Shown: piece by piece, positions 1 to 12,900 of the stretch | Layout of the letters: every line of letters starts with the position of its first letter | Position numbering within the stretch: the stretch's first letter is position 1 | Assembly: GCF_032191835.1 (NCBI RefSeq) | Contig: NC_083243.1 | Span: 27,900,001-27,964,000, forward strand | Length of the DNA stretch: 64,000 bases | From: Heteronotia binoei | Taxonomy: Eukaryota | Direction of reading: 5' to 3' | Translations under genes and position numbers: made by a program | Notes under the pieces: generated by a model | What the model was told of the DNA's origin: nothing | Database searches by the model: none | What the model saw: only the letters and a program-made list of their open reading frames with translations

Positions 1-928
1 TGAAAATGACCTGGGGGTGGGGGGAGTAGTTTCTGCCAGTACATTAAACTGATGACTACTTGGTGGAAAGCATATATCAGCCATATTTTGCAGCTTGAAC
101 ATGAACACATGTGCTATATGCTAATATGTTCCCTTCTTTAGACAGCAGAGTACAAAACATGATCCAGTGCAGATCTTCTATCTTTCGCACTGTCATGGGC
201 CAAGTAGAAACTGACACTAATGAGAAAGGCTGATGGGTAATCGTTTCAAATTTGCATCTGCCGCGTTTTTATTTATTAGCAGCCTGATCCTGCTGCCCGG
301 TGAAGTCACAACTTACCCTTTCATTGATGGGACCAACACTGTGGTGCATTATGCTAGATGTTGGTTTTATTATGATTGTTAGCCGCCCTGAGTCCATCTG
401 GAATGGGCAGGATATAAATTGAAAATGAAGAAATAAACTTTATTTTGTGCACACCTTAGTTGACTTAATTGCCTGAATTCCTTTCCTATATCCGAGACTG
501 CTTGCCAATGCAACGGAGTTCACTAGGGATGCCAACTCCAAGATGGGAAATTCCTGGAGATTTGGGGGTGGAGCCTAGGGAAGTCCTCAGCAGGCTATAA
601 TGCCTTAGAGATTGACTTCTGAAGCAGCCATTTTCTCCAGAAGAACTAACCTCTGTATCAGTTGTAGTTCCAGGAGACCTCCAGATGCAACCTAGAGGCT
701 GGCAACCCTAGAGTCAACCCCTGGGTGACTGTACCTCTGGGCTGCAATGGGGAAGCAATCCCCAGCTGTGGGGGGTGGGGCAGATAACCAGAGACAGTGG
801 CAAGTTACTGAAAGAGAATTCCAAATCCCATTTAACAGGAATTGGGGAGTGCAAAAAGCTACCTTTCTGCCCCAGCCTTTACACTCAGTTTACAATCAGA
901 CTGGTTGGAACTGGCAGATAGTTTGCAC

Positions 929-1172
929 CAGGGCTTTTTTTGTAGCAGGAACTCTTATTTGCCTCTGTAGGGTCTTATACCAGGGTCTTATTTGCCTCTG
1001 TAGCAGGAACTCCTTTGCATATTAGGCCACACACCCCTGGTGTAGCCAGTCCTCCAAGAGCTTACAGGGCTTAGTACAGGGCCTACTGTAAGCTCCAGGA
1101 GGATTGGCTGCATCAGGAGGGTGTGGCCTAATATGCAAAGGAGTTCTTGCTACAGAGGCAAATAGGACCCTG
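929..1172. mobile_element. Palindromic hAT-type MITE, composite ends
   Basis: Perfect 8-bp TSD GTTTGCAC (921-928 and 1173-1180); long GCAGGAACTCCTTTGCATATTAGGCCACAC arms. Confidence 0.88.
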
Positions 1173-3428
1173 GTTTGCACAAAACTGGAAACTGCAGTCT
1201 TTGGGTCTACCAGATATCCAAGAGTCACAGCTCACATCCCTGGACAGTACTGAAGAAAGAGGGCTTGTTAGCTTCAATCCTGAAAAGGAGAGAATGCAAG
1301 ACAATCCCAATAAAGACGGGCATGAATTAAATGCCTATTGCCAAGGCACTGTTTTGGACTCAGAGGAGCACAATGCAATCGCCTCGCCAACATTCTCGCA
1401 ACAGGAAACTCGCAAAGCTGTTTTGCAATGGAATCGTAGGCCTGTGTCAAATATATCTTTATTACTGGAGCACTAAAGGCTTTTTCAAACCAGCAGCCTC
1501 TTGTCCCATGCAAATAAGACCAGGATCTAAAGCGGTGCTTGTAACCTACTTGCTAAATGTAACACAATCAATGCAGAATATAAATAGGCACTCCCATGAA
1601 AGTTGTCTAATTGCCTCTTAGTGTACTAAATGTCGGTCTCCATTCATGCAACCATTGTTTTGCTCTGTTTCCGCTGTGAATCTTTTGGGCTTTGCCTAGG
1701 AAAAGGCAAAGAAAACTTGCGGGCTTGGCTGGTTCACAGATCTAACTATTCAGGTTCATTGCTTAAGGTACCAATAATTTCCTTCGCTAAAGGTAGTTCG
1801 GCAGGAAACCTGGTTTCTCCCATCCTCCACTAGGCAATGCGTTTTAACACAAGGTGTTTGGAGGGGGGGGTTTGCAACAGAGAGATGATAGGACCACTAA
1901 ACGTTTTTGGCAGTGAGACCCAGGCTGCTCTGCTGAATGCTACCCGTATTTGCAGTTTCCCAGTTCTTGCTGGATGTTTACTTCTGTCTGCTATGCTGGG
2001 AAGCAAGACAAAGCACTGGACCAGGGGTGGCTATACTGTGGCATGGGGGCTGCATGTGGCTTTTTCACACATATTGTGCAGCTCTCGGAGGTTGAGGAAG
2101 AACTTAATGCAGGCTTACTTTCAAGTAAGCGTGCTTAGCATCAGAACCTCAGTCAGTCTCTGATTATTTCCAATGAGTGTTAAGTAGGAAAGGAGGGGAA
2201 AATAGGCAGGCTTGCAAGCTCCTCTTCTCCATCCCAGAGGTCTTCCAGAGATCTAGAGCAGGGAAAGAGAGTGCGAGAGAGCCACTGGTAAAGAGGGATG
2301 CACAGGGTTCCCCCTTAGTTTCATGGCTCTTGTAGGAGCTGTATTGGTGTCAAGGCAAAGAGAGATGCATAATGGTGCAAACAATAGTAAATTATTTATA
2401 TGGCATGTGTGTGTTTCTTTCTCCCATTTGTGCCAAAAAACAATTGCCTAACCTTTTCCTATGCTGGTCTTATGGGGACTGTTAGTACCAGCTGTCATTT
2501 TTTAAAAAGTCTCCTTCTAGCATGGTTGTGTTGTAAAGTGCATACATATGTATTTTAACTTTCTGTGCAAAGAAAATATTAAGAGTTTTAATAAAGATGT
2601 GTGTGTAATATTTGTTCACGTTTCGTGGCTCTCAAACATCTGACATTTATTCTATGTGGCTCTTACATTAAGTTTGGCCACTCCTGCACTGGACTGACCC
2701 TGTACCATATCTATACCCCTTTGGACTCTCAGTCAAGTTGTGGTTCTGCTTATGGCATCCATGCGATGACAGGCATTGTGCTTAGTTAACAGTTCTGCAC
2801 AGATGCAAGACTTCCTTAAATAGAACAGCAGTCCAATGGGACCTTAAAGACTGAAATTTATGTCAGTACAAGAGTTCTTCTTCAGATATATTTTAGTCCA
2901 GTAGCACTCTAATGACCAACTAGATTTTCTGGGTGTGAGCTTTTGAGAGTCAAAACTCCTTTCCCCAAATACCTTTGTTCCAAGAAGTACCAATTTTGCT
3001 GGGAAATGGTATCCTTTGTTAGAATACTGGGCCAATCAAAACTTCATACCTAATGGATGGTCCCAATTACAGAAATGGTTATGAACGATACTTTTTAAGA
3101 TCATGGTAGATATATTTTATTAGATGAGATGGACATAAAGGAATGTTTAGTTTTATAGATAAAAGGTATAATTTATGTAATGTAAATATCGCTAAAACAG
3201 CTGAAATTCATTTGATCATTTTATATTTTATTGCTATCACAGTTTAGTTGACATTTCAATGCAAAACTGTGTATATGTATTGCTTTATATATTTATTTTG
3301 TAGCTTTTCTTTACTATATCTATGAGTCTAAGAGCTAAGAGGCTAGACGGCCATCTGACAGCAATGCTGATTCTATGAATTAGGCAGATCATGAGAAGGA
3401 GGGCAGGAAGGGTTGCGTCAGTGCTTAG

Positions 3429-3597
3429 CAGGGGTAGAATTCTAGCAGGAGTGCCTTTGCATATTAGGCCACACACCCCTGATGTAGCCAATCCTCCAAG
3501 AGCTTACAAAAAAGAGCCTTGTAAGCTCTTGGATGATTGGCTACATTAGGGGTGTGGCCTAATATGCAAAGGAGCTCCTGCTAGAATTCCACCCCTG
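3429..3597. mobile_element. Palindromic hAT-type MITE
   Basis: Perfect 8-bp TSD GTGCTTAG; near-perfect palindrome. Confidence 0.9.
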
Positions 3598-4297
3598 GTG
3601 CTTAGTTCCTGTGACCCTTTCTTACACACCCAAGGGAATGCTGATTGAAACTTGGGGGCCAGTCAGCAATTTCTCTCCAGGCCAGTTTGGCAAGGAATCC
3701 TGCAGGGTTTTTTGGCATCTTCTGGGCATGGAGCAGGGGTCACTGGCGATGTATGTGTGTGTATGTGTGGGGAAGGAGGAGGTATTTGCAAAGTTCCTGC
3801 ATTTTGCAGGAGTTGTACTAGATGACCCTGGAGGTCCCTTTGGACTCTATGATTCTAAGTCATACTATTGAATATGAATTCTAAATTTTGTAATTTTTAA
3901 CTTTTATTTCAAAAAAGTATTTTTAAAGGGAATTTGATACTTGAAAAAGGGAGATTTGACACTCTCCGAAAATCTTGATCTCTAAGGTGCTACTGGACTC
4001 TAATCTAGCTCCAACAGCATACCTACGCAGTACCCTCTGAAACCACTTTTCAGGCACTTTTGGAAACCAAAACCAGAATCGTTATGGGGCAGGTTACAAA
4101 GGGAGGGGGGGGTTAGAGGAGTTAAGCAGAAAGTTAACTGGATAAACAGCTGAAGAAGACCAAATCCCCTTTGTCAGCAACCATGAGGTAGCTGCAATCT
4201 CCCATCCTTGTTCTTCTATCTGCAAAGCAGGAATAAACCACTGCCGACTTGAGACAATGGAGAAGGAACACAGGTTTTTTTGCCCATTAACTCCTGC

Positions 4298-4812
4298 CAG
4301 GGCCGGCTCACCCACTAGGCAAACTAGGTAATTGCCTAGGGCGCCAGGAAGGGGGGGTGCCGAATTGGGCTCCCCCCCCTTCCCAAGACAATTGCCTGTT
4401 TGTCTCCACACCGCCGCCACCACCCATCCCCAGCGCAGCGCTCTGCCCCCCCCAGTGCAATCAGAGGAGCAATGAGGCTTGGCCCTACCCACTTTGCAAG
4501 AGCCCGGGCTTCTTGTTGTTTGAAGAGCACGCTGGAGGAATTTCACTCCTCCCTCACTTCCAGTTCCAGAGGGGAGAGGAGAGAAGCCTCCTCCAGCGAG
4601 CTCTTCAAACAACTTAGAAGAAGCCCGGGCCCTTACAAAGCAGATAGGGCCAAGAATCGTTGTGGCGCTCTTCTGATTGCACTGGGGGGGGGGGGGGAGA
4701 TGGAGCGCAGCGCCACATTGCAGTGCTGTGGAAAGCAGGCAGGTGGCAGCGGTGGGGCAGGTGGTGGGCAGGTAGCCTGCCTGGGGTCCCACGCAACCTA
4801 GGGCCATCACTG
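4298..4812. mobile_element. hAT-type non-autonomous element (CAGGGCCGG TIR)
   Basis: TSD ACTCCTGC/ACTCATGC; GC-rich; internal inverted repeat. Confidence 0.75.
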
Positions 4813-6432
4813 ACTCATGCTACCTACCTACATTGGGTAAAAGGTACTGTGTATTATATAGGAATGGCAGATAGATGGTCCTTTTACACAGCATAGTTGT
4901 TTGCGGGGGATACTGCCCAGACGATCAGTTCCTCCAATTCAGATCCACATGCTCCCCTTCCTTTTGCCACTATGTCACTATCTTGCCAGAGAAGTTTGGA
5001 ACAGAGACCAAACAGCATCCTGTTAGGCAGATTATGGTGTGATGCTTGCCAATCAGCAAGTGGGAAACCACATGGAGCAAAAAATGACATGCTACCAGAA
5101 GAACTTGATGGCTGGGCAGGCCAAGTCCCTGGCTGTGTGCATGGCCAGTTTGTTGTGGTGGTTTAAAGAGGCAGACTCCAATCTGGAGAACTGAGCTCCT
5201 CGACATGCAGCCAGCTGGGTGACCTCGGGTCAGTCACACTTCTCTCAGTTAACTCTCTCAGCCCCACCTACCTCACAGGGTATCAGTTGTGGGGAGAGGA
5301 AGGGAAAGGAGATTGTAAGCCACTCCAAAACTCCTTCAGGTAGTGAAGGGCGGGATGTAAAACCAACTTGTCTTTTTCTTGTGTATTTGTACACCACAAT
5401 GCACCCAGGGAAAACATGATTATGAAGCTTGGAAGATGTGCAACATCACTCATAGATGTGAAAAGCTGTACATGTTGACAAGCCACTGTTTGTACCATTA
5501 CAAAAATGTACTCTCAGCACTGGGTCTAACGTAAAAATGTGAAATGCAAAAATACATACTTCGCACAGTGCCACACGAAAGCAAGACATAATTAACTCCA
5601 CAGTGTGGTCTTTGCACATTTTCAAATGCATTTTTCTCTTTCCTAAAGCAAACCCAGAGACCACTCCCATTCAAACTAATAAATTGAATACTTTAAGCCT
5701 GTAATTGCTATGCATATGCATCGAAAACTGTATTTTGATGTGGTGGACAGATTCCCGAGTATCTCGAATCCATTAAATGCTGTGAAATAGGTTGGATTTA
5801 AATCCTTATGTGTAATTGAATTATATAAACCACATTTTTAATGAAAATTCCTATCATCATAAGGTGCTTGGGTTGCAGGGATTGACTCACGAAGGCTGGT
5901 GGAGGGGAGGGAAAGTATTTTTAAAAATGTACACACATAACCCAAGACCCTCCAATTACTGACAGCCTGAAACGTTTAAAGTCAAGCATTTCAATATCAG
6001 CAGATAAAAATGTGTGTTTTTTTAAACATGAGAGACATTTGTCATTGAATAACACAGCTCATGTCTTCTGGATAAGTCGTATGAAGCCCCTCCCCCCTCC
6101 AATCTTTCATTTTTGAGCTCCTGCTGGGTCTAGAAAATGATACGAAAGCAAAATACTATGGGAGAGGGATTTGAATAAGTCATTTTCTAATAACAAATGA
6201 CTGAATACACAAGCAGACTATGAGGTAAATCTTCCATATTTGTTAACCTGAATTTTTAATAAATGTGGCGTCATTATTACTGCTACACTGACTGCAATTT
6301 ATGATTGTCCCAAATGTAGGCTAGCAGTGTAATAAAAATGCTTATTTATTATGCAATCTGTGGAACTGTGGACAAGTTCAGACTGATAAAACTAGTGTGG
6401 TATAGCAGTTAGTTTTGAACTTGGACCAGGGA

Positions 6433-6929
6433 TAGGCTTCCCAATCCCCAGGTCCCAGTGGGGGATCCCCTGGTTTTACAGGCTTCCCCCCTCCCCCAGC
6501 CAGCTGGCCAGCGGGGGAAGCTCCACCCCCACAGCCATTATGCACCTCCAGGAACGATTCCCATAGGGAATGATGGGGAATTGATCCGTGGGTGTCAGGG
6601 GCTCTGGGGAGGCTGTTTTTTGAGGTAGAGGTGCAAAATTTTCTGTATAGCATCTAGTGCCTCTCCCCAAAATACCTCCCAAGTTTCAAAAGGATTGGAC
6701 CAGGGGGTCCAATTCTATGAGCCCCAAAAGAAGGTGCCCCTATTCTTCATTATTTTCTATGGAAGGAAGGCATTCTAAAAGGTGTGCTGTCCCTTTAAAT
6801 GTGATAGCCAGAACTCCCTTGGAGTTCAATTATGCTTGTCACACCCTTGCTCCTGGCTCCGCCCCCAAAGTCTCCTGGCTCCACCCCCAAAGTCCCCAGA
6901 TATTTCTTGAATTGGACTTGGCAACCCTA
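6433..6929. mobile_element. hAT-type non-autonomous element (TAGGGTTGCCA TIR family), nested in an old SINE
   Basis: Perfect 8-bp TSD ACCAGGGA; right TIR TGGCAACCCTA. Relatives at 524-710 (TSD GAGTTCAC/GAGTCAAC), 9270-9490, 13800-14189, 38889-39093 and 60620-60800. Confidence 0.85.
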
Positions 6930-7119
6930 ACCAGGGAGATGAGGGTTCAAATCACCAGTTGGGTCATAAAACTTAACTGGATTGCCTTGGGCCACTCATT
7001 CAGTCAAATTCAGCTCACAGGTGGAAAAAAGTGGGAGGATAACTCCTTCCTTTAATGCTATTCTCATCTCCTTGGAGTAAAGGTATGATAGAAGGGCAAA
7101 ACATGAATGAACTGAAAAA

Positions 7120-7560
7120 AAACAAGAGATCCTACAAGGGATTATTGGATATGGTATTCCTCTTCAACTAAAAGCAATCTTTAATGCTTACATGAAAATC
7201 TTAGAATAACAGAGATCCTACAAAGTATTGGATATGGTACGCCTCTTCAACTAATGGGAATCTCAGAATTCAAAGGACATCAAGAGCTCTTTTGGAATTG
7301 TTTGACAACTGCTGAACTTTCTTTTGCCTAGGGACTGGAGAAGAATATGACCACATCCATTCAGCTAGAACTATGCTACAAATTTCATTGGCTAGCTCTC
7401 ATGTGGGTAGCAAAAGCAAACCAATATGGCCGCCCACACAATATGTATCTCTACCGACTCAGGAGACTTGATGCAGAGCACCATGACTGGCTACATAAGG
7501 CAAACACACAAGGACTTCAGGAGCATGGGAGGTTGGGAGCAGTGGAATGTTAGTTAAAGG
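7120..7560 (+). pseudogene. Possible decayed L1/Tx1-like ORF2 C-terminal remnant with a local ~50-bp duplication
   Basis: Conceptual translation ITEILQSIGY..PLQLMGI..LFWNCLTTA..FA(R)DWRR..P resembles LINE C-termini. 7122-7172 and 7209-7258 are direct repeats. Confidence 0.3.
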
Positions 7561-9502
7561 GGGGAAAGGATGGAGAAGGGATATTGGCTTGCTCAAGTCC
7601 ACTGATTAGGGAAACATGCAAGGGTAGATTAGGGGGTGTTGGGTGTGATTTCCAAGTGGTTTCTCTCTTCCTTACAGGCCTCCACCCTGTGATTTATATT
7701 ATGAAAGCAATTCGCTGCACAGATATGAGAAGACTTTAGGGATCCTCTAAGGCCTTTTGGTTCTTTTTTGAATGCCTTGAAGTAGGATTATATTGTCAAA
7801 CATCATGTAAGAATAACTAAACATCGTGGCCTCACCGGCTGACTAGCTTGGAAGATTGAGGGAGCGAGAGTCGTTAAAGTACTTCTACAATAGAAAACAA
7901 GCTGAGATTTGGAACACGTATTAGCCAAAGACATTTTGTTCCCAAGAAAATACTGTGATATAGGATATTCCTACGTTAGGTCATTACCACACTTAGTATT
8001 TGTCAGCATGTCAACAGAAACACACCTAGGCAATGAAATGTAGGGAGAAACTCACCTCATACATGCGCCACCCTGAAAATGGACAAACCCACAAGTGTTA
8101 TTACACATGCCTTCTCTGTGGTGGCCCCCACTTTGTGGAATGGGGGAGCATTTTTAATAAAGATGCCTTCTAGAAATGAAACAGGACTGTAGTCTCTGCC
8201 ACTGCTTATGACTGGGATCTCCAACATGGTGCCCACCAACACTTCTCCTGGTGCCCCGTGTTTGAAAAGTAGATGGGGTTTTTTTGCCCAGCAGGGTTTC
8301 TGGTAAGCATTGTAAGTATTTTAAAACAATTTCATTTTAAAAGGCATTATTAAACACAGCATCTACCTGAAACGTTGAAAAATTACTATTAAAAGTTAGG
8401 TATAACCTCGCTCCTTGACATTTTGTGGTTAGCTTTGCCTCTTGTGGCAGCCATTTCAAGGTTCTGCCCACTACCCTGTGTTAGCATTCAAAAGGTGTCC
8501 ATGGGCTTGAAAAGGTTACCCCTCCCACCAGTTGATGGCGATGTATTATGCTTGTATGTAATGCATTATGTTCCAATTCTGTAATTCCATTCTTGCATGA
8601 GGTATCAGGTCTGATTCTCTCTTTTTGTATTGCTTCCAGTTCTTCTAACCCTAGTCCTATTGCACTGTTTATTAGATATCTCGTGCTATTTGATTGCTTG
8701 GTTTAAAACTGTGTAATCCACCTTAAATTAAAGTAAGAAAGAGAGGCTGTAAGTAAATATTCTATTTATCTTGGTTGGTTGAAGAAATTTGCAGCAGTAG
8801 CAACAAGGAATATACCCAAATCAAGTCTGCCCTTCTCTCGACCCACAGTCCAGAGGAGTGAGGATCAATTTTCAGTGGCAGCAAGCTCCTTTATTCTTGT
8901 TTACAGATGATAACCTTTTTAATTGACGGGTATTGTTTGTGCATAGGCATGTCAAATCACAGGCCGTTGGACACAAAGATGACATGCATCCGATGCAGCT
9001 TCTATGGCAGCAAGGGCAACTCTAACCAGAAAAATCAGGTAGGCCGTGGGAGAAGAGATAAAAAACCAAAATGTATCAGCATAACTCCTTCATACATGCC
9101 TGTTTGTCCACTAACATGAGATGCATCTCCTGGTGCCAAGGGATGCCATTCTAATCAGGGTTTTTTTAAATAGAAAAAGCCCAGCAGTAACTCATTTGCA
9201 TATTAGGCCACACCCTGTCACCAAGCCAGCTGGAACTGTGTTTCTGTGCGTTCCTGCTTTAAAAAAAAGCACTGCTGGGGAATCCCCTGGAATTACAGCT
9301 CATCTACAGACCACAGAGATCATTTTCCAAGGCAGAAATGCTTTGGAGGGTGGGCTCTATGGCACTGTACCCCCCACTGAGGACTCTCCATCCCAGGCTC
9401 CACCCACAAATCTCCAGCAGCTACCCAGCCTGGATTTGGCAAACTGACCCACATCCCCTGCCAGGGGCCAAGGGGGATTTGGCAACCCTAAGATACCTTA
9501 TT

Positions 9503-9768
9503 TGGTGTAGTTGTTAAGCGCGCAGACTCTTATCTGGGAGAACCAGGTTTGATTCTCCACTCTTACAGCTGCTGGAATGGCCTTGAGTCAGCCATAGCTC
9601 TCACAGAGCTGTCCTTGAAAGGGCAGCTTTCTGTGAGAGTTCTCTCAGCCCCACCCACTTCACAGGGTGTCTGTTGTGGGGGAAGAAAATAAAGGAGATT
9701 GTAAGCCACTCTGGGACTCTGATTCAGAAAGAAAGGCAGGGTAGAAATCTACGGTCTCCTCCTCCTCC
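9503..9768 (+). mobile_element. Squam3-like SINE
   Basis: Same family sequence as 19047-19301. Confidence 0.85.
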
Positions 9769-9949
9769 CATGCTTCAGAATGAAATCGAAATCACCAAAC
9801 ACAAATGCAGAAACCAAAAATACTCTAAATAAGCTTCTCCTCCTCCTCCAAAAAATAACCATTCAAATCTCTCATGCACCTGTATATTGACCCATCCAAA
9901 TCCCCTCTGCTCCACAATGACAAGGCTGGTAATACCCATTTGATTTCAT

Positions 9950-12900
9950 CAATGGCTTGATTTTTTTTTTTAATTTCATGTTGGCGAACATTGGGAATTA
10001 TAGAAAAACAAACTGCATATAATTTTACAAATGAAAAATCACAAACTCCCCTCCGCCCTCCCATTAATTCCTCTTACAGTAAATGGATAATTCAAGGACA
10101 GGGGAGAGGGAAAATCCCGAAAACAGTTTCTTTTCAGTGGCTAAGCAGTTTTATAATTCTATGAACATTCATCACAGTATGTGTGCTAAATTATAGGGGG
10201 GCAGGGAAACCCAGGCAAAAAGAGACATGAAAATATTACTTACAACAGCATTATTACTACATACTAAACCAAAAAAAGCCCCTAGCCCCTCCCCTGCCAA
10301 TGCATAATTTTTATCACTTCAAAGGCTATACAGCGTTTTATTCTATTTGCAAACTTAACCTTATACATCATAAAATTCTTGGGAGGAAAAAAAAAACAAA
10401 AACTTGTAAGTTGTCTATGAGAAGTTAACACCCAAATTGATAAAATCTACATAATGGAATACTATACACTCCAGTATAAATTTAATTTGAGAATATGAAT
10501 GTAAACACTCATTAATATACAACATGCATAGACATATACTGACCTTCTGTTTCCAGAACCAGAGCTTTCACTGTTTATTGTGCTTTATTATCCACAGCGA
10601 GAACAACCTAACAGGCACTGGGGCCGTGTAGCCTCCTCTCATTCCAGTACCAGTTACACCTGAGGAGTCCCCAAGCAAACTTGCAATGAATGGAGGCTGT
10701 GCCGCTCAGAACCTGATGGATCGTGCCCAAGAAAAAGAAAGCTGCATTGATTCCAGGGAACAGCAGAACTGGATTTGGGGGCGTTGCTCTAAGATGACTC
10801 GGGTTTTGACCAGCTAACAGAATTAGAGTTTTATTTCTCATTAAAATAGTGCCAAACATTTTCGAGTATAGTCATCTCTAGGGCCATTTAAAAATATAGT
10901 TTCTGAAAAAATCTCATTCGTGATTTTGTGTGTAGTTTGCTAATTTTTAGGGATTTCCACCCCCCAAAAAAAAATTTTTCCCCAAGGATGTAGTGATGAC
11001 CACATGAATAAACACCTTTAAAAAGGGACTAGATAGATTCATGGAGGATATCAGTGGCCACTGGCCACTAGCCACTGTGACTGAGGGAAAAGGCAGTTCA
11101 GGGCTCATTTTGTAGCAGGAACTCCTTTGCATATTAGGCCACACACCCCTGATGTAGCCAATCCTCCAAGAGCTTATAGTAGGCCCTGTAAGAAGAGCCC
11201 TGTAAGCTCTTGGAGGATTGGCTACATCAGGGGTGTGTGGCCTAATATGCAAAGAAGCTCCTGCTGCAAAATGAGCCCTGCATTTAATTGCAATGTCTGC
11301 ATGGAGACAGGCCAATAAATCTAGGGCTCGTCGGCTGGTCCCCAACCAGGTATGGAAAACCAGTTTGCACCAATTGTGGTTTGTTGTGTTATATGAATTC
11401 ATAAGCTACAGCCTGTTGCACAGAGCCACCTCTTGCTGCGTCTTGGCTGTAGGGATGGCACTTCACTGATGGGTGTCATACAGGAGGCAAGAAGCAGTCC
11501 TAGTGGGTTTACGCACAGGACAGGATGGGTTAACTTTTTGCTTAGCTCCACTGGAGCATTTCAGGAGACTGAGTGATGGAGTGCCACTGTATTGTTGCCG
11601 TCCTTTCCCCCCCAACACACAGCTAGGGAGACAAAGTGATGGAGTCACTTTCTTGTTGTTGTCCCCCGCCCCCCCCCCCCCCGCCACAGCTGGGGAAGTT
11701 TTTCAGGCTGCAGTGGGAGGCTGGAGGTGAGAAACTTCCATTTCCCAGAAATTGAAGTCATCATAGTTTAAGGAGGCCAGGTTAAGCATAACAGCTGAAT
11801 GTACTGTTTGAATTTTATGAGGCTGCCAGAAGCTGTTCAAACTTATTTACATTTGTTTCCTCCCTCGGTTCTAGAATTACAGACGTTTTGATCGCTGTGT
11901 TTCAGACCACTTAGGATACAATATTCAAGTAACAAGGTATTTCAATGTATAAGCAGGAAGAGGATAAATGAGGGTGGGGGAGAACAGATATTGCCTAGCA
12001 TGTTACACAGCTATATTTAAAAATTAAATACAATAAATGTAAAATTCAGATGCATATACAATACATTTGTTAAGATTTCTAAAACTAAAAAGTTTTTTTT
12101 TTAAGTACCACTTTTTGCCTAAGTGATACCATTGTTATGCACAATAACTTATACTTAGGAGGAAATAAAAAATTCCCCATCTTCCACAAAATATATAATT
12201 ATGACATTCACATTGATAAGTTTGAAACAATTTAAGCAAATATTACATATTCTGTGGTAGTCCTTGTGGACCCTTCTAAATCAGAATGCAGAGCCTCAAT
12301 TAATTTAATGCTTGAACAATAAAACGGAGGCATTTCCACAGAGAAGACTTGATTATTTAAAAACAAGCAAAAGGATATTTCATTATGTAACAGTGGCAGG
12401 TGTGGCTGAACTAACTGCAAGAGAGTCACTGCTGCTCTATTTCATACGTGACTACAGTTTTTAAAGTTACCAGTGGGGGAAGTGAGGGCATATACAAGGT
12501 TTGCTTTCCTCATGAGGAGATTCATGTTGACCTTCCACAGGGGATTGAGCCAAAACCTAGTTTTCTTCTGAATTCAGGTGTGGTTGGTTTGCAGTGAGTG
12601 TGCAATATTATTGCACCTGAACTCAGACCCAAACCACAGAGATAGCAGCCTCATCGCTAGACTGTACCCACCTGAGACAGCAGGTAGGGTAACAAACATT
12701 AAAACCGTCCCTTCCCATATTAATCCATCCCCTTTCAGATCTAGCACATTTTTCTGTAACGTTATGCATGTTTCTTAGGTTTCAACTAATCAACCTCCCA
12801 TCCACAGTCTGAAGTAGCACAGTCCAGCAGAGGTACATAATCCAAGGAAATTGGGAGTCACATCTGTCCATTCTAAGCCAGTGTTTTGAGGCAGAGTCAA

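Noticed and set aside
4094-4896. Overlapping 130-238 aa ORFs on both strands
   Set aside because: They lie within a GC-rich non-autonomous hAT element, have no recognisable domain, and openness is explained by base composition.
1-9900. TRAF3 exons or a CpG-island promoter (TRAF3 follows RCOR1 in human)
   Set aside because: No TRAF3-like translation and no CpG island seen. The short ORFs here derive from repeats or are random.
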